Shown here piece by piece: positions 49,900 to 62,507 of a DNA stretch of 64,000 nt. The DNA lies in contig WELB01000007.1 in NCBI GenBank assembly GCA_009602725.1, forward strand, positions 1,316,310 to 1,380,309, read 5' to 3'. The position numbers were made by a program, and so were the translations under genes. Below the pieces are notes generated by a model, which worked only from the letters and a program-made list of their open reading frames with translations, did not search any database and had not been told where the DNA came from. Source of the DNA: Spirogloea muscicola. Taxonomy: Eukaryota. Every line of letters begins with the position of its first letter. The stretch's first letter is position 1.

Positions 49900-52800
49900 C
49901 TATATCACTAGAAGAGTCCCAACAGCTAACAAGAAGGCTACCAGCAACTGGTTGACACTACAATACGATGCTGGAGCTGGTGCGGGGGGGGGAGGGGAAG
50001 AACTTCCCCCTGCTAGCACCCCTAAAGTGCTAGCGTTTTGAACCTGGTCAAGTGAGGCAGTTGACTTTGACAAGCACCCAGCCAGCGGGTCATGAGCAAC
50101 ATTTGCACCATGGTATGCCAGGTCGCATGTCCGATTGGAGGTAGGTGCAACGATCAACTTTAGGAAATGTCCAAACGAGGAGTACCTGACAATCACAGAC
50201 ATAGCATGCAGACAAGTGAGATTGTAACCTATGAGCACCAAACCGTCTTCATTCTCATGTAAGCAGCGCAACAGAGATAGTGATATCAGCATGACCAGGC
50301 ACAACAAATTATAATCAGAGCGCTGACAGTGCTGACAGTGCTGACTGTGCTCATCTTCACAGTGCTGACAATCACCATCTTCCTTCTCATGTAAGCAGCC
50401 CAACGAAGATGGTGAAGCATAAACAGGCACATAAAAGATACTTCTTTTGCTGATTCGAGTTTACTCACTTGTTTAATTTTAAATTTATATTCTGAGCAGC
50501 TCCAGATGCAGAGGTGGCACCACCACCACAGACATCGACATCCAGAGGCTGGTGATCATTTATAGCCCCATCCAAGCTTGTGTTGAATGCTTGGATAACA
50601 TACTCGGTCACACTGTACAACTCGGGACTTGTCTCCTTTAACTTGTCAATTTTTGCAAGAAGCGCAGGAGCATCCAGGCATGCATCGTCGCACCCAGTGA
50701 GGCTGTCATTGAGACTGCATAGGCATAAGACATCAGCTATGATTTAGTTCGTGAGAGAACGGCACAATTTAATATCCTGTGCTGAGTACTCCTCAAATCA
50801 GCACAACCCACTACACCTGGAAGATTCAGCATTTGTAGACCTGGCAGCACAATCTTCCATGCTCAGCCTCACTAGCAGAGGCCGTATACAAAGCAAAGCA
50901 ATAGAGCACAGCCTCTATCAGGAAACAACAAAGCGATAAAGCACAGCCTCTATGAAGATACAGCATTGGGGCTGCTCAATGCAGGATTGACAAAGCAAAC
51001 ACTTGCTACCTGGCAGGATAGTAAGCCAGGTAATGCAAACACATCTCGTTTAGCGTGGAAGGACCTCCAAGTGTATCATTCACCCTCCCTGTGCTATCCC
51101 ACACACAGGTGGTTTCCAGGACGTCGCCAGCCTGAATGGACAGATGCCTGCAAATGAGAACTCTCTTGCTACAAGAGTTTTAGCTATCCTTACTTGCAAG
51201 CATTGCAGTGGCTCAGCCAAGCCTTGAGAGAATTAATGCAGCTCACAGCAGCTTGCCAATATTACTACCCCTTCCTCAGCCTTATGAAGCGAATTACTAA
51301 TACTGAAGCACATGCATGGTGCTTCAGTAGGCACAACAAGGCATCTTGTTATCTGCACTTTCAAGGCAAAATGAAGGAACTGTGCTGAACAAGGCAACTG
51401 GAGTACCTGAACTTGCACGGGCACAGCGAAGTCGGTTAGTTGTTGAAATGAAAAGTCATAGTAATCAGCTCGATTGATATATTTAACAAAACTTCCATTG
51501 CGGTAGAGAGAAGTCCAAATAGACTTGCCAATGAGATGTTGGTGGAGAAGTGACGCAAATACTGCCACCGCATTAACAGCTTATCAGATCAGCTGCCATT
51601 GATTAGCAGGCACAGGAACATCCAAAAGAAGCAACATGAATGTTATGCAGCTTTGCTCAGGTCCCTGCCTGTGATTGGACCGTTCTTGAAGAGCCTGTTG
51701 GTACAGCCAGAGCTGCATTTACTTGTCACGGTCCAGGAAGGCATTCCTGTGCAAGAAATGAATACAGCTTCTCAGCACTTCACCACTCAGAATTTCTAAC
51801 TGGGGTGCAATGAAATTGTACAAGGTGCTATGAAGTCATCCTGAAGCATTCCCAGAAACACAGTGCTGTCCTTGTCAAGTGACAAGGCATACCTGGCGGA
51901 ATGCGAAGGCCCTTTGCAATTGTTGGTCCAATCGGCCAAGTCCCCGCATCATATTTTCGCAGCTAAAAATCAAGTCACACGGCATATCAATGACGTCTCA
52001 CATGTCAAGGATGCTCCCTCTTTTGAGAGCATATTCCTTATTGATCTAGTGTCTAGGTTGCACCTGACAAGCTTTTGGAAACAGAGGAGGTCTGAAGTAT
52101 GACACTTGAAGGTATATCTAAATGATTCCTTACTGAAGCACATGTTGGGGACATTGTGTGATTGATTGTTACTAGTGTAGCTGTAAACGCTTGTCAAATC
52201 AATCTCAATGCATTCTTGCAATTCACCAATCCTTACAAATCTCTACTACTCATAAATCTCGAAGAAGACACTCAGCATGTACTGGCAGACATTGACGATA
52301 AGCAACAGGGCTGCCTTGAAACAAAGGTCAGAAAAAGATGACGTGCAACTTTGTGATCTATCGTCTTCAAGTGAAGCACTTGTGGGAATGGTGGCTTCCT
52401 GGTGGAAGAATCAAGGGCCTTCAGGGTATGCATGCATACCTTGTCACTCAAGGTCAAGGCTAGGCCAGAGTTGTCCACAACCCCTGTAAGCCCCGTTGGG
52501 TTGGTGTAGTGCGTCTCTAGTACGAGCTTGGTGTTCCCCCCTGGGCCAAAGGGGAGGCCTGCCAACGGGGGTGCTTCAAAAGGGAGACCGCCAATGGCCC
52601 ATCCAACCACGGATCTGATACAAGGGGCCAGGATCTTTATGCAATCAAAGGGATCTTCAGGTGGAAGACCAGCCCACTCCTCGTCAGTGCATGAGTAGAG
52701 GATCATGTGGTGCACAGTCTGCGGAGCAGAGGACCTGCAGACAACCAATGAGCTGTCTGAGGCTGCACAACACAGCCCAATGCCAAGCATCTCCTTCCTG

Positions 52801-54596
52801 ACGTTTTCAGAATAATTTACATGCTACTGTTCCATGCGAGGCTAAGGGCCTGTACACACCTGATCAGAGGCGCAACACCAACAACATGGCGCTTGACTTC
52901 AAAGGGAACCACAAAACGCTTGCAGGTGTAAGTGGTGTAGACTGGAGAAAGGGTAAGGTTCTTAACGGTGACATTATATCTGGAGAGGCAAGATATGGAA
53001 TGCGTCATCAACTACATGATACACTGAAGGACAGCTAAGTAGTATCCAAATAAGAATCAGATTACCACTCAGCTGCTTGTCCCCACTAGGGCAATCTACT
53101 GCAGTACTTCCCTATCTACCTTTACGAACAAGCCCAGCGCAACTGCTTCATGTGTGTGTGCGGCATGAGTTGGTCCAAGTATCCTGCTGTATAGAAGAAT
53201 GTACGTTGCTTCTCTATCACACAGACTGGTAAACGTCTCACTTTACTTAAACCCTAAGAAAAGCTTACTCACACTTCCGGAGAAGCAGGCCCCTGCAGCA
53301 TGACACCTACTCCTGGACCATACAGACGGAGAGTCTGACTTCCTCGATTTTGCAGGCCATGATAAGCCAGTTCGTCCGAGGAGCCAAAGGACCATATCAG
53401 ATGCACCTGCATCCATGAGCAGCAACAATCAGCTGACAGATTATGTTATGCTGGTGCAACATGGCAGTGAAGAATTCAGAAACAGGTAAGTGTGTCACGT
53501 ACCTGACCTTGATCGATGTCCCTGTCATTACAGTCACCAGTCACGAGGGGTCTCTTAAATTCTAGATATGTCCATATTGTGCCGTTGGCATCAGTGCTCT
53601 CCTCCCCTGAGATCGTGGTAACATCTTGCTGCATGTCCAGGAGGACACCCGACTTATCCAGAGACTGGTTGTATGCGAAGTAGTCCAGCACAACAGCTTC
53701 GCCATCCTTGACGTGTCCTACCATGATGTCTGCACAGAAGCTTGACGCTCATCAATGAAGAATATCGCTGATAGATAAGGAAGACTTCTAGCAAGGTCGG
53801 ATGCTGACGCAGTTGCAACAACAAGCACTGCTTAGGCATGCCAGCAGCCCCACCACCGTGGATATTGCAGGGGTCATTGGTCAATGTCCTGAATCTGTGG
53901 AATTCTGAGTGCTTTTAAACACAGCATCATGCAGAGGTGGGGATGGAGCTAGCGGCTAGTGATTCGCAATGAAGACCTGAGCCCTTCATGGAGCCGACTT
54001 CCGAGATGCCGAGGCCGACAAAGCCGGACGTGCGCACCCTAACACCAAACTGGTAGAAACAAGGCAAAGCGACCGAGTAAGATTTGGCCTGCAGGAGCTA
54101 AGCCCATCTTACTCGACTAGCTACTCATCGGATTTGCTAAGTCACTAGGAATGTGGGTGCTTCCATGGCCGGACTGGCCTTCTTCATGCATACTGGCAGG
54201 ACTGCCGGACATGCCCCAGTCCTACAGCTGGAGCCAACGGTACTTGTGAATGTACATGCAAAAAAAGGAGTCCCTTTTCTTGCGAGCTCTTCACTACTGC
54301 CTTGACGGAGCGCCAGTCAAGCCATTCGGCTAAGAGACAGGCAGGCAAAGACATGGCTGCCTCGGCCAGCACAGCGCAGTCTGCTGGGGAGGAGGGTGTG
54401 CGCGGGCGACCTGCATGGCGCTGCCATTGTCGGTTAGCTTCCAGAAGAGAGAGTAGCTGTCCGCGAGTCTGACGCCGTACGCGTAGTCGCTGCCATCAAA
54501 CGGCGGGGGCGTCTGTGCAGGCGCCGGGGCGGCCGCGGCGGCGGCGGCCCATGCCGCCGAGCAGGCGACGGCCAGCGCCAGGAGCAGGCCGGCGGC
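49900..54596 (-). CDS. DOMON-domain copper type II ascorbate-dependent monooxygenase (DBH/MOXD1-like), paralog 1; start in gap
   Basis: Signal peptide, DOMON (YSLFWKL, GFVGLGIS..GSMKG), VHHMILY, LETHYTNP, LLHQHLIG, NEMCLHYLAYYP, hydrophobic C-terminal tail. Confidence 0.88.
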
Positions 54597-55139
54597 NNNN
54601 NNNNNNNNNNNNNNNNNNNNNNNNNNNNNNNNNNNNNNNNNNNNNNNNNNNNNNNNNNNNNNNNNNNNNNNNNNNNNNNNNNNNNNNNNNNNNNNNNNNN
54701 NNNNNNNNNNNNNNNNNNNNNNNNNNNNNNNNNNNNNNNNNNNNNNNNNNNNNNNNNNNNNNNNNNNNNNNNNNNNNNNNNNNNNNNNNNNNNNNNNNNN
54801 NNNNNNNNNNNNNNNNNNNNNNNNNNNNNNNNNNNNNNNNNNNNNNNNNNNNNNNNNNNNNNNNNNNNNNNNNNNNNNNNNNNNNNNNNNNNNNNNNNNN
54901 NNNNNNNNNNNNNNNNNNNNNNNNNNNNNNNNNNNNNNNNNNNNNNNNNNNNNNNNNNNNNNNNNNNNNNNNNNNNNNNNNNNNNNNNNNNNNNNNNNNN
55001 NNNNNNNNNNNNNNNNNNNNNNNNNNNNNNNNNNNNNNNNNNNNNNNNNNNNNNNNNNNNNNNNNNNNNNNNNNNNNNNNNNNNNNNNNNNNNNNNNNNN
55101 NCCCCCCCCCCCCCCCGAGGCCCCATGCTCCCGAAATTC

Positions 55140-55410
55140 CCCATGCTCCCACCTTGGAGAGAGACGCTTCCAGTAGAGAGAAAAGCGCGGCCGAATTGAC
55201 TGGTGGCTGGGAGAAGCCAGCCCAAAAGGAATGGACAAGGTCAAGAGGAGCCGAATGGCGCAGAAAGCAGGGGACTAAGTGCTAAGAGGACAAGGAGGCT
55301 CTCAGTAACCTCTAGTCAGCAAGTGCAGGTCAGAATAGCTACTAGAGGGCGGGAAGACGTCGCCCAGTAGAGGCGATGGATGTGGTGGCCGGCCCAAAAG
55401 AAAGAATTAA
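55140..55410 (-). mobile_element. RLE 3' stub plus type-B repeats between the two monooxygenase genes
   Basis: Minus strand SSYSDLHLLTRGY* at ~55303-55345, followed by tttgggctggcttctcccagccaccagtcaatt (~55195-55228). Confidence 0.7.
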
Positions 55411-55731
55411 CACAATCCGAAGGGGCCAGAGAAAGAGCTGAAGCACACAGTGACTCAAGTGGCCCACCGTTGATAGCCTCTCCAGCCAGCCGCTACTGTC
55501 TGCTCAGCTGGCGCTCACTCGGCCCCCTCTGCAGCGTGTCGAATGTGCTCACGCGGCCCAACGACCTTGCAATCTCGCGGTCAGCCCACTCCCAGCCATT
55601 CTATCATGCGATCTCCTATGTAGGATGGACTTTGACCACTACAGCCGGCTCCCAATGTGCAAGTTAGCTTAGAATATGCTGTATGTTTGATTGGTCTGAT
55701 AATATGTATGAATGACTGGAAGGTCACAAAT

Positions 55732-58700
55732 TCACAGATGTGCTACGATGAGGACTGCCCCTGCGATTATCGCACAACGGTTCAGAATAAAAGTAGGAGC
55801 GAGCATCAAGCCTTTTGATGGTGGGGATGACATAGGAGCTGGTGTCCCAGTCGGTGTCACTCCTTGCGGCGCTCCATTTGGCAAAGTCGTTACATCAAAG
55901 GCAGACTTTGAAATACAGCCGGCCAACGGTGATTGAAGTATATTTGCACCTTGGTATGTGGGATCGCATGTGCTGTTGCTGTCAACAACGACCAGAGATG
56001 TATTCCTGCAGTAATTGAAGCCAATTCGTCAGAAACCATGTAACCCGTGTGCGCAGGATGTGCTTGCTACCTGACACTCTTGACTTGATGTAGGAGAGTG
56101 TGACAAGCAGTACATGGCAACCTGAACCGCACAGTCAAGGTCAAGTAAGGTATCTCGTTGTGGCAGAGAGCACGGGCATTGGATTGGCATCTCACTGGTA
56201 TGTGGATGAAGAGGTGCCTGAAGGAGCACTCCCACAATAATCAATGTGAAGAGGCACTTTCGACCGTAGCACACCTCCCACGCTTGCATTCAATGCAAGA
56301 ACTTCAGCTTCAGCTTGTAAATAATCAGAAGGGCTCAAGGACTGCAGTTGTTTGAGTTGGTCATCATCAACGTAGATGCATGTATCATCGCATCCACTCA
56401 AACCATCGTCCAAGCTGCTCACGAGAGTGAAGAACCTTGTCAGTTCTTGCATCAGACAATGAAGTATTGCTCTTGATGATGTTCTATGCTTATTCGACTG
56501 GAGAAGATGTGGTCTCTCCGCAATCAAGCATTTGTCGAGCAAGTGAGCCACTGTCTGGGGCAGAGGGGACTTAAAAAATTGGCTGATTAAGATTTTTCGA
56601 AGTAACAGCGAAGCTGACCTGGCTGGATAGTATGTGAGGTAGTGCAAGCACATCTCATCTGTTGTAGCAAGTCCTCCAACTGTATTGTTGACTCTACCTG
56701 TGCTGTCCCAAACGCATGTCGTTTCCAACACATCTCCTGCCTGTAAGCTACAAGTGACTCAAGTCAGGTGAAAGGAGCATCTTGCTAGACTAGAGACACA
56801 AGAACCAGCTTTGCTTATTTGCAGCTCATGCATGATGACTTGGTAAGATTGACTTAGGCAAATGCAAAGCAGCACAGGTCAGCTATGTTTCACGGAAGTA
56901 ACAACCCATGATTCTTCAGCTGCACTGCTTGATACATATGTGTCATCAGCTTTGACAGTTGTATGCAGAACACTATTAGCAAATGGGCTGGAACGACCTG
57001 GAGTCTCAGAGGGGTAGGGAAAATTGATGTTTGCTGAAAGGCAAAGTCGTAGTAATCAGCTCTGTTTAGGTACTTGACGAATGTGCCATTACGAGTTAGC
57101 GATGTCCACTGTGACTTGCCAATGAGATGTTGGTGGAGCAAAGAAGAGATTACTGAACAGACGAATTGCAATTCAGGGTGGACACAGTCAGGTCCAACTT
57201 AGCAACTCAAATCAGCACATCTTCACTGAGGATGTACAGAAATGCACACCTGTATTGCTCCTTGTACAGAAAAATCACAGTCATGTCAGAAGCTATGAGG
57301 CCACATCATAAAATATATGTAGTCATTTTAGCAGAAGCAAGTTGGTGCTAATCAAATCACCTGTAATAGGCCCATTCTTGAAGAGCTTCTTGGTGCAACT
57401 CAATGAGCACTTGCTCTTCACTGTCCACGAAGGCATTCCTGTTCAGCAATGAGTCGATTGAATTAGTGATTGTCAGTTATATTTCTCCTATACATTCTTG
57501 CTGTGAAGCAAATCAGCACCTGGAGGGATGACGATTGACTGGGCCACGGTGGGTCCAAGCGGCCAGGTTCCTGCATCGTAATCCCTGAGCTGCATCCAGA
57601 ATGTTATCAAGAGATGTCATTTCCATCACATAACTAGGATTGTATTGTCAACGTTCCATGATCATGTAGCAGAAGCAGCTTCGCTTCTGCCTGCTCAGAC
57701 CATATGAAGCATGCAATGAGATACACACAGGTGCTAGTATTACAGGCGTGCAGTAGTGCTCTTGGTGTCCAATGCATGCACAATGTGTCACCTTGTCACT
57801 GAAGGTAAACTTCAGCCCAGAGCTGTCAACAACTCCAGAAATGGAAGATGGATTGGTGTAATGCATTTCCAGCACCATTTTAACATATCCTCCAGGTCCG
57901 AATGGAAGGCCAGCAGCTGGTGGAAAGTCGTATGGGAGGCCTCCAATGGCCCAAGCCAGTATTGTCTTGGCACAGGGGATTGCTTGTGTGAGGCAATCAA
58001 ATTGATCAGCCAGTGCAGCGAACTCTTGATCTGTGCAAGAGTATAGTACCATGTGATGCACTGTAGACGGTTCTGGGGTTCTGCACAACATAGGAGACTT
58101 CTTGATGAGCATTGAGAATCCTGACTTCGTATAGCATGCTGCTGTGGAGCAAGTAGGTAGCACTCCAAGCTTTCTCCAATTTTGGAATGACTGCAAGGTA
58201 ATAGGACTGAAAGAGCATCCACTGGGCTGCACCTGATCTGAGGTTCATAGTGGATCGCATGTCGTTTATTCTTGAATGGAGAAACAAATTTCTTGCAGAC
58301 GTATGTAGTGAAATCCACCGGAACAGTATAGTTCTCAAAGCTCGTAACGAAACTGCAAGAGGGAGACTCAAATGGGCACAACTTCAATGTGTTGTGCATT
58401 TTCACATCACAGTTCACAGTATTTAAGGGAAGGTCATCTTCATGGTGGGCATGGAGGAACATCATTGGATGTATGTCTTGATATATGCTTCAGATGCTAT
58501 TGCAGAGGAGTTGAAGCATGGACAATATGAACGTGGCACACGTGACAGGAGATGCGGCCTCCTGCAGCACGACCCCTGCTCCAGGGCCATAGAGGTGGAT
58601 GGTTTTGCTTCCACGATTAACAGGACCGTGATAAGCGAGATCATCGGTAGGCCCAAAAGACCAGACTAGATTAACCTGCACTTTAAACCGCGAAGAGTGT

Positions 58701-59755
58701 CAGACTTGCTCACCACACCCTGCATGTAACATGTTGCGCTTCCCCTGTGAGCAAGGGTGGCAGACCCCTGCGCCACTTGCCCTCACTAACGACATGACAT
58801 GATCATGTATGATTGCAGCATGATGTCCCATGCACTTCCTCTAGACGAGCGTAGCATCTGATGCCGACAACAAGTGCAATGAGGATCATGGAGGTCGCTG
58901 CTGTACCTGACCCATGGAGATGTTGCGGTCATTGCAATCAGTGCTGTACAATGATCTCTTGAACTCGAGGGAGGTCCAGATTGTCCCATTTACATCTGCA
59001 CTTTCTTCCCCTGAAAGGGTGATCACATCTTGCTGGAAGTCTAGGAGCACTCCTTCGCGAGACTGGTTGTATGCAAAATAATCAAGCACCAGCGCTTGAT
59101 TGTTATTCACTGTTCCCACAATGAGATCTGCAATATCCAAGTGTGCCAATCATGGCACACGCTTGCATGAGAGTATACCCTTCAGACAAGACCACGTTCT
59201 GCTCAAGCAAAGTATACCTGTGCTCAGCTCGTTCCCAGATCTAAATGCCAAGACTTCGTAATCGCTTGCAGCTACTTTTACAGTGCCGAATACTATGATG
59301 GACTAACAGACTGCTAGTAGCTGCACATTGCAGGGGCTCGCTGTTTGGCGTAGTGATTATCGACAAGGTGGTATATGCACCTGAGCCCTTCATGGAGCCG
59401 ACCTCAGATATGCCGAGGCCTACAAAGCCCTGCGTACGAGCCTTGACACCAAACTGCACGATCACAGAGGCCCCTCGACCTTGTTTTATCATCAAACTGC
59501 AGTCTTTTCCTTGCCAACATAGATCTCTGTCAAGTGCAAGTGACTGCAAGCTCCAGCATTGCTGACAGGCGGACGAATGTGGGTACAGACCTGTATGGAG
59601 GTGGAGTCCTCGATCAGCTTCCAGAAGAGCTTGTAGTCGGTACTGAGGTCCACGCTGTACGAGTAGACGCTCTCATTGAAAGCGTACGCAGAGTAACAGC
59701 AGGAGGCGATGGTGACCAGGCCTGCAACTGATCGTAGCAGGGCAGACATGGCCAT
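55732..59755 (-). CDS. DOMON-domain copper type II monooxygenase (DBH/MOXD1-like), paralog 2
   Basis: Signal peptide MAMSALLRSVAGLVTIASCCYSAYA, DOMON, VHHMVLY, LEMHYTNP, LLHQHLIG, DEMCLHYLTYYP, P/T/S-rich linker and hydrophobic tail; intron positions mirror paralog 1. Confidence 0.9.
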
Positions 59756-60129
59756 GTTGGCAAGCGAGGTGCGAGGTGCTCGAGCAAGGGACGGGCAGCG
59801 GGACGGCGATGCCCGGTGTCGCAGGAGGGCCAGCAGCTGAAGAGCAGGTGCTTGCGAGTACGCGAGGACTGGGGTGCACTACTAAAGGAGAATGACAATT
59901 GCTTGCAAATGACGACCGCTGCAGCCGCCACGGCGGGGCTGGGCGAGCTGCAGGAATCGGGGGAGCCTCGGCAGCTAGCTGGACCCGCGGCGCTGCGGGG
60001 AGGGGCAAACGCGTCTGCCGTGCGGGAAGGTGCGGATGTTACTGGCCACGAGCCTCGCGACGGGGCGGCCCTTTGTATCGCATGGCGGGGGCGTTCCCAC
60101 AGATATATGGCGTCCTTTCTCCCTTGTGT

Positions 60130-60950
60130 TTGCGATTTTGTGAGCCTGTCCGATAATGTATGTGCTCATCCGTGGGTACCAACGTCACACTGTCGTCCCC
60201 TTAGCCACCTTGGCACAGTGCTTCGAATCATGTAGCCCCAAGCTTTGCACTAGTTTTTGCCTGAACACAGTGCTGGCTTGCATTATTAGTCCATTTCATG
60301 CGCACAGCGCGCATCCGCTGTGCACACGGCGGTGGCGCTGATTCGCGGTGGGAGCCGGGGGGGGGTTGGTTGGCCTTCGCGCCCGCTTCCCGCCGCCTTC
60401 CCCCCGGCTCCCGATCCCCCGGCCCCGCTCCCCGGCCGCCTGTGTGGGCCCCCCGACGCTGCTTCCTGCCCAGTTGCGCTCCCCCCCCGCCATCATTACG
60501 GTCGGCCACGCCGCCCGCGGTTACAGGCGGGAGCAACTCCCTTCTCTCCGGTCCCTGGGCTAGGCCGATCATCGCCTCTCTGATTCGCGGCTGCTTAGCA
60601 GGGGTTACTGAGTGATTTGCCCTGGCTCCCTTCTCGTACTTTGTCCATTCTTTTTTGGGCTGGCTGTTCCAGCCCCTATCCTCAATCGGCGAGCTCTTTC
60701 TTCGATTTGCAGCTGCTTTCTTTCTTTGTGTGCTTTGTTTTCTTAGCGCTTCCTCTGGCCCCCTTCTCGTACTTTGTTCATTCTTTTTTGGGCTGGCATT
60801 TCCAGCCCCTATCCTCAATGGGCGAGCCCTTCTTCTACTGGGAGAACTTGGGTAGGACTAAAGTACCCACGCGTGAGGAGCCGCAAATCCGAAAGACTAG
60901 AAGCCGGAAAGCCATCCCCTAAGTTTGATTGCTTCAATACACGAAATTCT
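60130..60950. mobile_element. Cluster of RLE 3' stubs and two tandem ~133-bp type-B units
   Basis: VSLSD/MYVLIRGY (+, ~60140-60182) with diverged type-A tail; SDSRLLSRGY* (+, ~60580-60612); type-B units at ~60630 and ~60762; SLSDLRLLTRGY (-, ~60862-60898); tcaatacacgaaattc (~60934) like the 3' end of the 20041-20593 insert. Confidence 0.75.
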
Positions 60951-62507
60951 TCCTAAAGAAAGGCAGAGGCTGCAGCGAGAGCACGGCCAGCATGCAGGTG
61001 CAAGGCGTGGGCCATGGACCGCTCAATGTTTCCATGGGCGAGCCCTTTCTTTTATGCTCAAATTTCTTCTGCTCCCAGTAGTTCCGTCATTCCTGGCGCA
61101 CACCGTCGGGTCGGCAGGCCCGCCGCCGCCATCTACGATGTCGCGCTGGCGTCGCGGAGGGTCCGTGCCACCCTGCTCCAGCGTGGAGATCTCCCCTCGC
61201 TGAGCCCGACAAGCGTAAGGCTTTGATTGGCCACCCTTTCCAATTTCAAAGCGCCTTTCTCACTGGCCCCGACAAGCGTACGACGGCGGTTGCACATCTG
61301 CGGGGCTCGGGCCTCGCTTGCGTGTCTCACCAACACGCCACCGGGCTGGCAAACGACAAACACCGTGCCGCTTGAAGCTGTCTTCTCCTTGGTTTGGCTG
61401 CTTGGCGTGAGGGTCACGCCACTTGACAGAAGCAATCAGACGCACTTAGAAGTTGGCCTAGTCGTATCCCACTCTCATCTGATGTGAAGTCGACGCCAGG
61501 CTTAGACGCGTCCGACTGCGCGTCGAATGTGCGCATGAGTTATACGCTTTCCACGTTTGTTTACGCTGTTCACTTCATTATGTGAAGAACGGTCTTAATG
61601 TGGTATTCAGGGCCACTGCCTCAATGAACCAAGAAGTGCGGAACTCCCTCCGCACCTGCTCGGTATCATTCGAGACCCTCATTCGCCTTTTCAGACTGGC
61701 TGCCATCATCCTCAGCCCGCTTTTCACGCCCTTTGAAACAACGAACTAGCAACTACAAGAGAAGTTCCTCATAAGGGGCGAGGTCCGTGACAGGCCAGCC
61801 CAGAAGGAATGACAAGGTCCACAGAAGCCGGTAGCTCAGACCACGCCTTAGTAAGTGACTGAACTGTGGATACAGTAGCCATTCTGGCGCTTGGCTCAAT
61901 CTCTCGGGAAACGCGAATGCAATGAGGTCACAAAGTGCACTACATAGATTCTCATCTACCTGGCACCTCATGGCATACCTTCTTCGGTCCACAGGGCTAC
62001 TATTTGCCAACAAGGCACTAGCATCCATCGTCACACTGAGATACGCGATGCCACAGCCTCCGCAATCCACTCATATGCACCAAGGTCGATCTCCTCAAAG
62101 AGGTCAGAAGCCTACTGGCCTTACGCATGCCTGCTTCTTAGTAGGCCCTTCAACTCTAAGGGTAAGGCGCGTTCGAAGATATTTTGGGCCATATCCAGGT
62201 ATATCCTACTACCTGTTCTACATCGGCCGGCCTTCACAGCCACCGCCCCCTTGTTGAAGAGATTCTCTCGGCAAGCAACACGGTCTACCACCAACGAAAA
62301 CACCTCCATAATTGTTGCCTTTTGTTGCCGCCCTCCTGCGCCATCTCATGCGCTCGCACTGCAACTCCGTCCAGCACCTCTGACCAACTTTCATTTCCGC
62401 TGGTCTGCGAGTAGCCTACCATGGACCACTCCCAGCGCCGCCAGACACTTAAGCAGCGCTGTTTCGGCCTCTCTACGGCATCTGAGATGAAGAGGATACT
62501 GATTAGA

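Noticed and set aside
50240..50420. 9-bp cagtgctga repeats giving a Cys/His-rich peptide (CQHCEDEHSQHCQHCQ) in ORF 49900..50430
   Set aside because: Lies in the last intron of monooxygenase paralog 1; paralog 2 has no equivalent.
13232..59755. Whole gene set as a metabolic gene cluster
   Set aside because: Functions are unrelated (DNA repair, peroxisomal protease, tRNA modification, bilin, polyamine); no shared pathway can be supported.
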